This document shows positions 1 to 11,600 of a DNA stretch of 64,000 nt, piece after piece. A program made the position numbers and the translations under genes. How positions within the stretch are numbered: position 1 is the stretch's first letter; every line of letters begins with the position of its first letter. The stretch is from a virus. The notes under the pieces are model-generated. The model saw only the letters and a list, made by a program, of their open reading frames with translations, made no database searches and was not told the origin of the DNA. The stretch is taken from IMG/VR virus record IMGVR_UViG_3300029915_000003. One strand, given 5' to 3'.

Positions 1-3
1 AAA

Positions 4-198
4 TTACCTCTTACGTTTCTGGGTGGAATGGTAAGACCAATTACAGCCTAATTTGATGGCCTCTCTAGTGGAGTCGTTCATTGTATATATTAATCCACAA
101 GACGTACAATAAGGCCATTTAAGTATTTTACCGCTTGACTTATGCGGTTCATAAGAGTAAGATATACGTTTGGTTTCATTAACTTCATCTATAGTCAT
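4..198 (-). CDS. small hypothetical protein with CxxC motif
   Basis: 64-aa ORF with YCTSCG; sigma70-like TTGACT-17-TAGGGT immediately upstream on the minus strand. Confidence 0.5.
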   Translation of the reverse strand: MTIDEVNETKRISYSYEPHKSSGKILKWPYCTSCGLIYTMNDSTREAIKLGCNWSYHSTQKRKR

Positions 199-253
199 AG
201 TTATACCCTAACCCAAAGCAACAAGCAAGTCAAGTATCAACAAAAGGAAACAC

Positions 254-643
254 ATGTTAAAGTCAGAACCAGTTGATTTTGAAATAAATGTAATTGCCGA
301 AAACGGAGAAGAATACCGGGGTTTCTTTTCAGCCCTACCCCAACTATCCCATCGCCTAACCCTCCAAAAGGATCGTAAGTACCGAGAACTATTAGGAGAC
401 AAACCCGATCAGGCTGATGAGTATTCCAAGCTCCTAAGTATTTACTTGGCAGATTTAGGTGTACGTTTAGTACGCACCCCCAATTGGTGGAAGGAAACGG
501 ACGGGGGTCTAGAATTGGAATCTTTCAATGTAATTAGCGAAATAGCTCAAAAAGTAAGTGAAATCATCAAAAAGGCAAACGATGAAATTCAAGCCAAAGC
601 GGAAAAGTCTCGTAAAGAACTAAAAGACACAAAACCGCTATAA
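254..643 (+). CDS. putative tail assembly chaperone
   Basis: 129 aa, AAGGA RBS, position upstream of tape measure, GxF..RLVRTPNWW pattern seen in myovirus tail chaperones. Confidence 0.55.
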   Translation: MLKSEPVDFEINVIAENGEEYRGFFSALPQLSHRLTLQKDRKYRELLGDKPDQADEYSKLLSIYLADLGVRLVRTPNWWKETDGGLELESFNVISEIAQKVSEIIKKANDEIQAKAEKSRKELKDTKPL

Positions 644-649
644 TTCAAT

Positions 650-1066
650 ATGAATAAGTATCGGGCTATTCAAACAATAGCCCTAAACTCAGTTCTCAAG
701 AAAACCACTGAATCCCAATTAAACCATATATTTCGGTGGTTTAGCAGGGAATTTAGCACTCCATTGCATTTAGTGGAAGAAATGAGTTTAGAGTACATTT
801 TAACACAATACTATGAAGACTGTTATGAAAACATGACCAAAGAAGAACTAGAAAAGGAACGAATAGATCTATCTTTGGACGAAAATGACATAATAGCCCG
901 AGAAGAAGAGGACGATGAGTTCGTAGAAACCATCAAAAAACAGATCAAACAGGCGTCAGTACCCACCCCCATAGCTAGTTCCGTTAAAAACATACATCCC
1001 ATAACCAAAGAAGAACTGGAAAAAGAACTAGAGCAATGGAAAGACATTAAAATGACCTTCGATTAG
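650..1066 (+). CDS. putative second tail assembly chaperone / pre-tape-measure protein
   Basis: 138-aa acidic ORF directly before the tape measure gene; same reading frame as 254..643. Confidence 0.45.
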   Translation: MNKYRAIQTIALNSVLKKTTESQLNHIFRWFSREFSTPLHLVEEMSLEYILTQYYEDCYENMTKEELEKERIDLSLDENDIIAREEEDDEFVETIKKQIKQASVPTPIASSVKNIHPITKEELEKELEQWKDIKMTFD

Positions 1067-1077
1067 ATTTCTGCCCT

Positions 1078-1084
1078 AATTTTA
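1078..1084 (+). promoter_or_regulatory. putative late promoter motif AATTTTA
   Basis: In the intergenic gap before the tape measure gene; the same motif recurs before four other structural genes. Confidence 0.45.
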
Positions 1085-1109
1085 ATAAGTTAACCCCGGA
1101 AAATAAGAT

Positions 1110-3251
1110 ATGTCTGACCCCAAAAAACCCAAATTAGAGATAGGTATTGAAGTTGACAAAAAAGGCGACGCTGAAACCTTAAAAATTCTAAAAGGAACTA
1201 AGAGTGAAATCAAAGGGATAAGCCAAGAGGCAAAGGAAGCCACCAAAAGCCTTAAGGAAATGAAGAGTGCTCTCGATTCTGTTAAATCGACAAGAACGGG
1301 AGGAGTTAAAAACGGAGGGGGATTTGGGAAACCACCAGACAATGGCGATAGAGGAACTCCGGGAACCAATGGAGGTACTATCGGGGGAAGTGGGAATAAT
1401 TTTAAATTTCCAGAAGCTCCAGGTATAGATGAATCGAGATTCTCTCCAAGGAGCAGTCTAGGGGGAAAGTCTTTGGCTGGCATTGCAGCATTGGCCTACA
1501 GTGGACTCCGAATTCCACAATTAATAACATCTGGATTGGACGCAAACAATCTACAATATAGTCAATATGCCAGTTCTTTTGGGATTCAACAACAGTTTTC
1601 CCAGGGTAAGATGAATAGGGATCTATCCAGCCAAGTGGCGCTCAATAGAATAATGGCGAATCCAAACCGTAGAGCCGAATACGAAGGATTGTCAAATTAC
1701 AATACAAGATATACAGATGCAATCGGAAAAGGATTAGCCAATGTTGGAGGGTTTGCCTCTGGGGCCATTACCGCTGGAACCGGTATAGGACTCATGACTG
1801 GAAGTGGTGGGTTGGGAGCAGGAGTCGGATTGGGAATGTTTGGCTTTGGAGTCAACATGATGAGTGGCTCCAACTTAGCAGAGGGATTGAATTTATTAGG
1901 CAATAGCGAAGTTAGAGATGCATATATAAAGAAAAATATATTAGAAAAACAAAAAATGATGATAGATTCTCAAAAAGAACAAAATCCAATACTTATGGCT
2001 GGATTAAGTGCTGTTGCTGGAAACTCTTCTTCGGATGTCGATCTTCAGCGCAGATTATTTGGAGGTATGTCCAAAGACAATCCTCTACGTAAAAACAATA
2101 ACAACTTCCAGGACTTTTACCAATCAATTGGAAGTGAATATAAATTCAGAGGAAATCAAAAGTTATCACCTGACGACCAAAGGACTTTACTTTCAAATTT
2201 AGCGGCGGCCGGAACAGCTACTACGGCCGTTAATAGAGGTGTGTTAAATACAGCTATAGACATGAAACTGGCAGGTATAAGTCCACAGGCGGCTGCTACC
2301 TTATTGGGAACATACGCCAATGGAAGTATCGTTGGAGCCAAAGCCATGGGAGCCCAACTGGCACACATGTTAGGAGACAATAGAGTGAAGGATCAGGCAG
2401 CTGCCTTTGTTGGAAATCAAGCCTATAGTCTAAATTATGGAGCTACTGACGGCTCAGGTCTATTGAGCACATTAGCGGTAAGGCGTGGAATGAGCGATCC
2501 AAACAAAATGTTAGCCAACACGGCAGCGGTAGCCTCTTTTCCTCAGTGGCAGACAAAAGATCAATATCAAATGGCTTACGGACAGGTTCAAGACTTAAAA
2601 TTCGCAAAAGCAAACGGAGGAAATGTAAATCTAGCCTATGCGTTGGATAGATTTCGACAAAACCCTCAATTTATGAAAATAATGCAAAACGGCTCCTTGC
2701 CCCAGGAATTAATTGATGAGGGAATGACCCCAAAGGGATGGGAAGACTTTAAACAACACTACGATGTTTATGGAACAAAAACAATTATGGCCAGAAGGAT
2801 ACCATCTGGTATTCCGGGAAACAAAGGCGACAAAATAGCCAAATTACTAATGGAGCACAATGGAGATTTAAGGGATCCATCAATTACGGACGACCTAAGA
2901 GATGCTTACGCAAGTGACATGGCCGGATTAGGTGTTGATCGGGAAACAGCTCTTTCTCAATGGGACGAAAGACGAAGGGGCTTAGGGGTTAAACACAAAA
3001 AACGGAAAGGGAACGGGTCCTCATCGGCAGGAGAAGATGTTGCTGAGCAAGGAACAGGGGCAGCTCTTGGGGTTAATTCTGGAGCAGCAGACGAAGCAAG
3101 CAGAGCGTACAATCAAGGGGTAGGGGCGGTTCTTAATGCTCAATTGTCAGAACAACAGAAAACAAACGTATTCCTAGAGAGATTATTAGGTAAACCTGGA
3201 GCATTTTCTGTTGATTATTCACACAAACCAAAGAAAACTGGTGGGAAATAA
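1110..3251 (+). CDS. tape measure protein
   Basis: 713 aa, Ala/Gly-rich and helical with a hydrophobic Gly-rich segment; lies between chaperones and baseplate hub. Confidence 0.7.
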   Translation: MSDPKKPKLEIGIEVDKKGDAETLKILKGTKSEIKGISQEAKEATKSLKEMKSALDSVKSTRTGGVKNGGGFGKPPDNGDRGTPGTNGGTIGGSGNNFKFPEAPGIDESRFSPRSSLGGKSLAGIAALAYSGLRIPQLITSGLDANNLQYSQYASSFGIQQQFSQGKMNRDLSSQVALNRIMANPNRRAEYEGLSNYNTRYTDAIGKGLANVGGFASGAITAGTGIGLMTGSGGLGAGVGLGMFGFGVNMMSGSNLAEGLNLLGNSEVRDAYIKKNILEKQKMMIDSQKEQNPILMAGLSAVAGNSSSDVDLQRRLFGGMSKDNPLRKNNNNFQDFYQSIGSEYKFRGNQKLSPDDQRTLLSNLAAAGTATTAVNRGVLNTAIDMKLAGISPQAAATLLGTYANGSIVGAKAMGAQLAHMLGDNRVKDQAAAFVGNQAYSLNYGATDGSGLLSTLAVRRGMSDPNKMLANTAAVASFPQWQTKDQYQMAYGQVQDLKFAKANGGNVNLAYALDRFRQNPQFMKIMQNGSLPQELIDEGMTPKGWEDFKQHYDVYGTKTIMARRIPSGIPGNKGDKIAKLLMEHNGDLRDPSITDDLRDAYASDMAGLGVDRETALSQWDERRRGLGVKHKKRKGNGSSSAGEDVAEQGTGAALGVNSGAADEASRAYNQGVGAVLNAQLSEQQKTNVFLERLLGKPGAFSVDYSHKPKKTGGK

Positions 3252-3254
3252 AGA

Positions 3255-5093
3255 ATGGCTCAAACATATGATTTGGTTAAGGATTTTAATATAACCTCGA
3301 ATTCAAGCACTCCTCAAACCGTCTCAGTTTCGAGTGGATGGGTAGTGGCTATATTTCCCTATCAAAATCAAATTACGGGGAATAGAAGTAAATTATTATC
3401 AAGCAATGTCAACGACGTGTCTTTCACTAAAGAAGCGGACGTAAAAACCAATCCAACAATAATAATATCCCATGGATGTGTTAGTTTAACTGTTTCTGCA
3501 CAAAAAGAAAACCACACAATGTCTCTTCAGGCAGAGCTAGCCCCCACCAGGAATTTCATAAAAGAGTGCCATCCGGGAGACTGGGTGATGGCCTGGATGT
3601 GTCAAAATCAGGAAGAAATTAACAAAATCATAAAAATTATTAATACAACCAATACATATGTGGGTGGTTCGGCAAGAGCTAATTACTTCAATTCAGGACT
3701 TAAATTCGTAGGGAAAATTTGGAGCGTATCTCAAAATGGTTCAATTGATGGATCTGGAGACAAGAGGATCTCTTATAGCTTAAATGCTTATGGATTTAGT
3801 GAATTAGATAATGAAATATTATACTTTTACGCTATAGAGTTAGCGTCTCAAACCTATGGTGATTGGATGAGTAGGATGGGTATATTGTTTAATGATATAG
3901 TAGTGGAGGGGGAGGCTGATATAAACTTATTGTATCCAGCAATGATACAAGCCACCCTTGGAAATAAAACAGCCACAGGAACACCAAATCCGGCTGGAAG
4001 TATACCGGAACTCCCCCTAACTCCAAACGTACCATACGCCATTCCCGGCAACGTATATTCATATTTAACAGGGAATCCATACAGCGGAGGAACAAAAGCC
4101 TATACGGACATAATGGCTGCTTTTATTGGAATACAGGACTATGGTAGTAGCAGTTTAACTGAAAATAATACTTTTGGTATATTTTTACCAAAAACCTCCA
4201 CTCCTATCGAATCTGATTTTCCTAAATTATACGCAACTAAAACTCCAATGATAGGCAGAACCCCTCCCATCCCTCCATCCTTGGATTATAAACCTATATG
4301 GAATATGCTGGGTGAATTTTTAAATCCTGGATTAAATGAAATGTACATGGCGTTAAGAGTTGCCGATAATTCCGGAAATATATATCCTACATTTGTCTCT
4401 AGACAAAAACCATTCACTACGAATGAATTAGATCAAGACATAAAAACAGCCAACTCTAGTAGTTCGAGTCTTAATACTACGAATTTTCCATATACAAAAT
4501 TTACGGATCTACCAAGATGGTTAATAGATGATGAAATCATTTTAAATTATTCCGTTTCAAATGACAATTCACTTAGGCATAATATGATAGATATTGTCGG
4601 AGTTAGTCCTGCCTTCGATACAGTTCAAAATGCTCCAAGGGATAGATTTTTAAGAGCTAGTCCAAAATGGGACTCAACAGACATATCAAGAAATGGGGTC
4701 CGGGCCTTTATGCAAAACGTAAACGCAACGATACAGGATGTAAATCAAAATAACCCCCAGTGGGTTGCTTTTAATGCTGATATATTAATGAATCAACAAT
4801 TACAGTTAACGGGCACCTTTGTTGTTCATGGCATACAGTCCCCCATTGCAATAGGGGACAACCTGCAATACAAAGACGTTGTATACCATATAGAGGGACT
4901 AGCGCATTCTTGCTCCATAGATAGGGGTGGGAACAAAAGATTCTTTACTACCATACAGGTTACAAATGGAATGACATCAGATAAATACGGAGAATACATT
5001 GGGGTATACATGTATCCCACTCTGACCAAAAACATCAACATAGGCAACGAACCGGCTATCGATGGAACACAAATAACCAAAGGATCTCAATAA
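3255..5093 (+). CDS. baseplate hub protein (gp27/gp44-like)
   Basis: 612 aa after tape measure; C-terminal LTGTFVVHG..IAIGDNL..YHIEGLAHS..FFTTIQV pattern typical of hub proteins. Confidence 0.6.
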   Translation: MAQTYDLVKDFNITSNSSTPQTVSVSSGWVVAIFPYQNQITGNRSKLLSSNVNDVSFTKEADVKTNPTIIISHGCVSLTVSAQKENHTMSLQAELAPTRNFIKECHPGDWVMAWMCQNQEEINKIIKIINTTNTYVGGSARANYFNSGLKFVGKIWSVSQNGSIDGSGDKRISYSLNAYGFSELDNEILYFYAIELASQTYGDWMSRMGILFNDIVVEGEADINLLYPAMIQATLGNKTATGTPNPAGSIPELPLTPNVPYAIPGNVYSYLTGNPYSGGTKAYTDIMAAFIGIQDYGSSSLTENNTFGIFLPKTSTPIESDFPKLYATKTPMIGRTPPIPPSLDYKPIWNMLGEFLNPGLNEMYMALRVADNSGNIYPTFVSRQKPFTTNELDQDIKTANSSSSSLNTTNFPYTKFTDLPRWLIDDEIILNYSVSNDNSLRHNMIDIVGVSPAFDTVQNAPRDRFLRASPKWDSTDISRNGVRAFMQNVNATIQDVNQNNPQWVAFNADILMNQQLQLTGTFVVHGIQSPIAIGDNLQYKDVVYHIEGLAHSCSIDRGGNKRFFTTIQVTNGMTSDKYGEYIGVYMYPTLTKNINIGNEPAIDGTQITKGSQ

Positions 5094-6034
5094 TGTCTAC
5101 AGTAATTCCTCATTATCTAAAATCATACGAAACGGATTCCTCCAAAACAGATTCAGAGCATTTTACCAATAAATCATTAAGATACGGCGTCGTAATAAAA
5201 GCTTACTATCCAAAAGATCCTAAAAACACCAATAAAAACTTCATGGAGTATGATGTAAATGTTAATGTAAGAAATGGTCTCAACACCCGAGAGGTGAATA
5301 CCGTTTATCGTTGCATTTGTGCAAATTTATTAGGAAGTACCGATTATATCAAATTTGCACTAAGGGTAGATCCATCTCAATTACAAAACAATCAAATATC
5401 CGAGGGGGCCAACGTGTTGATACTTTGTGCCAACGGAGAGACTACAAATGCAATAATAATAGGCGGAACAAGTAACGGCGGTTCTCATTCAAACAACAAA
5501 TCAACAACTCCTCCAGATCCAAATTCCGGCCTATTTTATCAATTTTTATACAACGGAGTAGGTATAAATGTAGACAACGATGGACAACTATCCATATCTG
5601 CGGCTGGAGCTACCAAAATAGACGGCTCTCCAGACGACAATAGACCAGAAACCAACAAAACACCTACCATTAATTTCACCAAAGAGGGGAATCTGCAATT
5701 AACTGACAATACTACTGAATCAGTACTATTGGACACGGTTAATTCTGCCCTAAACATAGAAGCTGGCAAACAAATAGAGGTTACGGCCCCTCAGGTAGGT
5801 CTTGGACCAGATCCAATAGGTGGGGCTCTAAATGGAATTGCCTATAACGAAGCCCTAGCACCTATAAACCAGACATTAATACCCCTGTTGACCACAATAG
5901 CGGCTCTTTCGGCTCTACCTGTTGTTCCTGGAGCTACTCTGGTTCCAATTCTGACAGACATAGTAGCTGCCCTTCAAGCCATAATTGGTTCAATCCAACC
6001 ATCCACCTCTCAATCTGTAATTATATCTAAGTAA
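5093..6034 (+). CDS. baseplate central spike (gpV/gp5-like)
   Basis: N-terminal OB-fold-like region (YGVVIK..EGANVLILC..AIIIGG) then beta-repeat region; follows the hub. Confidence 0.6.
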   Translation: MSTVIPHYLKSYETDSSKTDSEHFTNKSLRYGVVIKAYYPKDPKNTNKNFMEYDVNVNVRNGLNTREVNTVYRCICANLLGSTDYIKFALRVDPSQLQNNQISEGANVLILCANGETTNAIIIGGTSNGGSHSNNKSTTPPDPNSGLFYQFLYNGVGINVDNDGQLSISAAGATKIDGSPDDNRPETNKTPTINFTKEGNLQLTDNTTESVLLDTVNSALNIEAGKQIEVTAPQVGLGPDPIGGALNGIAYNEALAPINQTLIPLLTTIAALSALPVVPGATLVPILTDIVAALQAIIGSIQPSTSQSVIISK

Positions 6035-6039
6035 GGAGC

Positions 6040-6046
6040 AATTTTA
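6040..6046 (+). promoter_or_regulatory. putative late promoter motif AATTTTA
   Basis: Motif ends 7 nt before ATG 6054. Confidence 0.5.
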
Positions 6047-6053
6047 ATCAATT

Positions 6054-8588
6054 ATGGCTACTACTTATGCAAATCCACCCCAAGATACCACTCCGCTAGA
6101 TACTATAGACCACACAATCATTCCGATTGGTGGTAACAATCTCAATCCTACCCTATTTGCCCAGGTAGGCACGGATGCCACCTTATGGAATAAAGCTTTC
6201 CCTTATAGATTTCAGATACTTGAACAGGATCCCATTAAAGGTCTAATGAATACAGGTAGATATTTCGACCTACCCATCCCACCGGAAGCTTTGGAAATCA
6301 ACACACCCTTTGCCATTAATACATCTGTAACCCTAAATGGTATTATAGAACAACACAATGCGTTCCCATTGCTCAATATCTTTCTTAGGGGCTCTACGGG
6401 TGTATTAAACAAACTAAACGTAAGGACTGGGAGTAATCAATTACCAGCCAAAGGTATTCTTGCTGGTACAATAAACGCTGTAAATGCCTTTGCTAAAGAT
6501 ATTAAAAGCTTAAATGCACAACCAGGACCAAATACGGCTATTTATTCTCCTTCACTGATAGGAAATACAGATTTTTCAGGAAGCGGTCAGTCTCTTTCAG
6601 ATGCAGTAACTGGAGCTGTTAATGCCTCTTTGGCTGGAACCGGCTATTCCAGGTTCCTGGCCTTACGTAACTTCTTAGAATCATACGCTATTTTGAAGAA
6701 ACAACAAGCCTACCAAGGATATCGATTAGCATTTACCACCTACAAAGACCAATATAGTTATATTTGTACTCCCAAGATGTTCCGTATGGTAAGATCTGCG
6801 GAAAGTCCTTTCGAGTTTAAATACGAAATACAATTGGAATCTTGGCAAAGAATCAAAGCTGACCAAATTAAACCAAATTTTAGCGGTCAGCATCGTGCAT
6901 CGCAAGCCAATAATAGTACTTGGCAAAACATACTGAAATACGTTCAATTAGGATTGACCTTACTAAACGACCTTTCCGGTATAATTTCAGGTGTAATCAG
7001 TGACGTTCAAGGCATTTTGAATGTTGTTAGGGAAATATCATTATTCCTTAAGAATCTGGTAGGAGTAGCGTTACAAGCTGCCGACATGCCTGCGGTCATT
7101 GTTAATAACCTAAAAAATGCTATTTTAGCTTCTATAAATAATATAGCTACCGCTACTGCTGGTTCCAATGGTCAATTTCCGTCCAGTCAACAAGTTCAAG
7201 CAGATTATCAAGCCTGTTTAAGATGGTGGACGACCCAGCAAATGGTTAATCCAATAGTGATAAACGGTCCTGTTAACAATATGTTAAGGACTAATGTGGA
7301 TTACATATTTGAAAATCCAAGCCAGCACTATGGGTTTTTCAACTCTATTGCTTTGAATAGTCTAAACAACATGACTTCAGCTATACAAGCTCAAATCAAT
7401 ACAGAGATTCAAAATGTATCGGCTTACAGTGTGGTTGATTTTAAGAACGCAGTAGCCACCCTACAGAACGCATCGAATGTATATGCTCAAGCGGTAGGAG
7501 CTAGTGACCCAACCTATATAGAAACCTACCAATTGGGATCTGTAAATCAAATAAGGGACACACCTACAGATGATGATTATGCGGTATTAAATACCATTAA
7601 TGATATGATCATTCAAACCAACAATATAATAGCAGCTCTACAAAGCAATACAAACATCACAACACCTCAAGCGGTTACATTTGTTGCAAATCTAGCAAAT
7701 CAGGCCGGAATACCGTTTGATATTCCTTTAAGTAAATATCCAATTCCATTTCCTTACGGTGGAACCCTTGAAATGATAGCTCAAAATTACCTAGGAGATC
7801 CAGATAAATGGATAGAAATAGCCACCCTGAATGGCTTAAGGTCTCCCTATGTAGACGAAATAGGATTTTTGCTAGATTTAACCACCAATGGCAACAACGA
7901 CACTATTACCGTAGCGGATGTAAGCAATCTAATACTAGGGCAAACAGTATGGATTGGTTCCAATACGGTGCCAGTACAATCCAGGTCTATTTTGGCAATT
8001 AATAATCTAAGTCCAGATAGCTGGTCTGTGACCTTGGATGGTCCAGATGATCTAGGTATACTAAAAACTAGTGACAATGCCTATTTACATGCATTTTTAC
8101 CATTTACCGTAAACTCACAAGGATTCGTAGCTATTCCATCTCAAAATCCACCGGTTGGAGCTAGCGATCCTGTATCTAGAAACGATCAAATCAGTGTTGC
8201 CCAGCAAATATTCGATGCTGCTGGTACAGATTTATTAATAGACTCCGACAACGACCTAATTATAACTCAAAACGGTGATTGCAGATTAAGCCAAGGTGTC
8301 CAAAATATCATCCAAACCCTCAAAATTCTTATCGAATTACCAAGAGGGTCTCTCCTACATCACCCTACAATAGGTGTAAATCTAGTAGGTGGCAGTTTGG
8401 CAGACCTGAGCGCTACAGACATAGCATCTACCATCAAAACAGCTATAGATCAAGATGGTTTTTTCAGCAATTGGACATATTCCGTTACAGTAAAGGTTGA
8501 CTCCAATTGGGCCAATGTAACCATTAACCTAAATGTAAGCAATGTACAACAATTACTGCCAATTACATTCAAGCTAAACATTAACTAA
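6054..8588 (+). CDS. multidomain baseplate protein (tube-initiator-like N-terminus, LysM/gpX-like domain, C-terminal gp25/gpW-like domain)
   Basis: GGTLEMIAQNYLGDPDKWIEIATLNGL is LysM-like; LSQGVQNIIQTLKILIELPRGSLLHHPTIG is gp25-like. Confidence 0.65.
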   Translation: MATTYANPPQDTTPLDTIDHTIIPIGGNNLNPTLFAQVGTDATLWNKAFPYRFQILEQDPIKGLMNTGRYFDLPIPPEALEINTPFAINTSVTLNGIIEQHNAFPLLNIFLRGSTGVLNKLNVRTGSNQLPAKGILAGTINAVNAFAKDIKSLNAQPGPNTAIYSPSLIGNTDFSGSGQSLSDAVTGAVNASLAGTGYSRFLALRNFLESYAILKKQQAYQGYRLAFTTYKDQYSYICTPKMFRMVRSAESPFEFKYEIQLESWQRIKADQIKPNFSGQHRASQANNSTWQNILKYVQLGLTLLNDLSGIISGVISDVQGILNVVREISLFLKNLVGVALQAADMPAVIVNNLKNAILASINNIATATAGSNGQFPSSQQVQADYQACLRWWTTQQMVNPIVINGPVNNMLRTNVDYIFENPSQHYGFFNSIALNSLNNMTSAIQAQINTEIQNVSAYSVVDFKNAVATLQNASNVYAQAVGASDPTYIETYQLGSVNQIRDTPTDDDYAVLNTINDMIIQTNNIIAALQSNTNITTPQAVTFVANLANQAGIPFDIPLSKYPIPFPYGGTLEMIAQNYLGDPDKWIEIATLNGLRSPYVDEIGFLLDLTTNGNNDTITVADVSNLILGQTVWIGSNTVPVQSRSILAINNLSPDSWSVTLDGPDDLGILKTSDNAYLHAFLPFTVNSQGFVAIPSQNPPVGASDPVSRNDQISVAQQIFDAAGTDLLIDSDNDLIITQNGDCRLSQGVQNIIQTLKILIELPRGSLLHHPTIGVNLVGGSLADLSATDIASTIKTAIDQDGFFSNWTYSVTVKVDSNWANVTINLNVSNVQQLLPITFKLNIN

Positions 8589-8593
8589 GCACC

Positions 8594-8600
8594 AATTTTA
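8594..8600 (+). promoter_or_regulatory. putative late promoter motif AATTTTA
   Basis: In the 30-nt gap before the baseplate J-like gene. Confidence 0.45.
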
Positions 8601-8618
8601 TCATCAGAACCCCAAATT

Positions 8619-11600
8619 ATGGCAAACTCTCCCCAACCACAGCCGTTGTCGTATCAACAATTGCTAGGTAATAGCGTAAATACGCTTTTAACCAAGCTTG
8701 GTCTATCCGGTTTAACTGTCGGAGGTCCCCTATTATCAGTAATGGAGACCGTAGCTACCGGTCAGGCACGCACCAATGCCGACCTGTTTGCCATGTTGGC
8801 TTCTCAGGACTTGGACAATTGCACTGGAACCGCCCTAATTAATCGGGGAGCAGATGAGGGCTTGACTCCCATCAATGCCACCTACGCCCAGCAAAACAAC
8901 CTAGTAATTACAGATACTTCTTTTACTCCAATTACTTCTTCTGTATACCAAGGGGCTCCAGCCCCAATTGCGGGAAGTTCGGCTGTAGTGATCTTGACTA
9001 ATACCTCATTCCCTTCTACCGGAGCTATTTACATCGGTAGGGGTACTCTGAACTACGAAGGCCCTTTAAATTATAGTTCCATAACAAATTCAGGTGCTTA
9101 CTCTACTATTAATTTGACTACCCCCACAACCCGTTACCACAACAAGGGTGAATCAGTAATTCTATCTCAAGGTGGAAGTCGGTTAATCCAAACCGGTACT
9201 ATTTGCTCCACCCAGCCAAACAACAACGTATCAGTAGCCCAATACAGTATTTTGAATGATTACACCATTTTAGATGGTGATAATACCTTGGGTGGTATAG
9301 CGATTATAGCTCTAAATCCTGGAAGTGGTGGGAATGCCGCTGCTAATAGTATTACATATTTCCCAACCCCTCCGTTCAATGGTGCTACTATTAACAATCC
9401 ACAGCCACTCACCAATGGGTTAGACCAAGAATCAGAAGACTCCTTCCGGCAACGTATAAAAGACGTTATCTCCAGCCGGAACACTGGTACCAACCTAGCC
9501 ATTACGACCGCCGTTACAGGGGCTACGGCTCCAGACGAGTCAGCTGTAGTGGTATCAGCTACCACCTATGCCAGTCCGGTAAACACATTATATATTGATG
9601 ATGGAACCGGTTACGAAGAGAAATCCGAAGGAATTGGGCTTGAAACCATTTATGTGGATCCTAGCGGTGGAAGCCAATACGTTGGCCTTACCGGTGGGAC
9701 CCCAATGGCTAAGGCTTTCGTTCAAACAACGATTCAAGAACCATACGCTTTGGTCGATGGAGCCGAACTAAGGGTGGCGGTAAACGGAGTAGCCTACAGC
9801 GTATTCTTTGACAGTTATGAGTTTAACAATATTAACAATGCTACGGCCTATGAGGTAGTTGCGGCTATCAATAACGACCCCCAAGCTCCGTTTTTAGCCA
9901 GAGTTTGCAATGTTGGTAATTCAGTAGCCATTCAAGCTAAAGCCGACACAGACGAAGACATTCAAGTTGTATCAGCTTTAAGCACAATTGATGCCAATAA
10001 TTACCTACAGTTCCCTCTAACGCATACCTATACGTTAGATCTATACAAAAACGACCGTCTACTAAGTAAAGACGGAGTGTTAGCCCAAGTATACTCTGCC
10101 GACCAATCTGTTTGGGGTGGTATTTCAGATGGAGCTACTTTAGATATAGCCATAGATGGAACCTCTACCCAATCAATAACCTTTACCAATGCAGATTTTA
10201 TTGCGTTAGGACAGTTGGGGGTAAGTGCTTCTGTTCCCTTGAGCATATGGGCTCAAGTATTTAATAACAAAATAGCCGGTATCACCGCTACCGTACAAAA
10301 TGGACAATTATTGGTAACTTCCAATGCCGGACCGGTTAGCAGGGCTGAAGTATCTATCATAAGTGGTTCTTTAATTACGTCTGGTATGTTTATTGTACAA
10401 ACAGCCATGGGTCAACCAAATGATTACACCCTTAATAGAAATACAGCTACTATTAGTTTGACCAATCCACTACTAATCGGAGATACCCTATCGGCCGGTA
10501 GTGAATACACTCGCAGTTATATTAAAAGCCAATCATTTACAACCATAACCACCCCAACGGGAACATCCAATCAGTGGTGGGTTGTAGATGGTAATGTAAA
10601 TATCATTCAAACTGGTCTAAATAACAATATATCTATAGCGGTAACATACAATTCAGCTAGGAATTCAACTACCTTAACTGACTCTACCTTTGGTACTGCT
10701 TTTTCAACCCTATCAGATGGCGATTGGATTATAGTTTGGGACCCAAGTTTAGCCGGAGTGGGAATATCGGGTGTTTTTCGGGTATATTCTTGCAATCCAG
10801 CTTCCATTTCTTTCCGTCAAGCATCCACTCCTACTGTTGGTAGTATTACCATGTCAAACAATGGAGTTACAGCCTTGAGTTGTACCGCTCCAATACAGAA
10901 GTTCACAGTAAGCTCATCAACAACCTATTCTGCCGCTACGCTGCTAAATCTATACCTAGCTCAGCTAGAAGGGGTAGATGTTTACCAAACCAACACGACC
11001 AGCTTAAGGGTAGCCACCAAGACGTGGGGAACTTCTGGTCAAATAGCTTTGGTTGCCGCTGATTTAAATGGCCAATTATTGCCATTTAGTACTGGAATTG
11101 TATCCAATCAGTTTTACCATTATGGATTTGATGTCTCTAAATCTGTACTAGGAACCCCGGAATTCTACTGGTTGGGACAAACTGGCTCCCCTAGTGGTTC
11201 TACCATACCTGTTGATTATGCCCAAGCTAGCTTTATTGGTCTACAGGCTAATTATGAGGATCCAATAAAACTTGGGATAGGACCTCCCACAAGTGCCTGG
11301 AACGCATTGTTAACTTCCGATAAATACAGTTTCAATAATATTTACGATTTCACCAGTACTTCAATCACTACGGATACCATTACCAATCCATCTATAACAA
11401 ATGACAGTTTGTTTTTAACTAATCCTTTTGCCTTGTTACCAACAGACACCCTAGATGTAGTATTTGATGGCGACAATACCTCCAAGAACTACTCGGTACC
11501 ATTAGGGTATCCAGTAAAGCCATACTCTCCATCCCCTTCAGATGTAGGTTGGTATCAAACCAATAGTTATCTAACAAATCCAGACGGTACGTCCCTAAAT

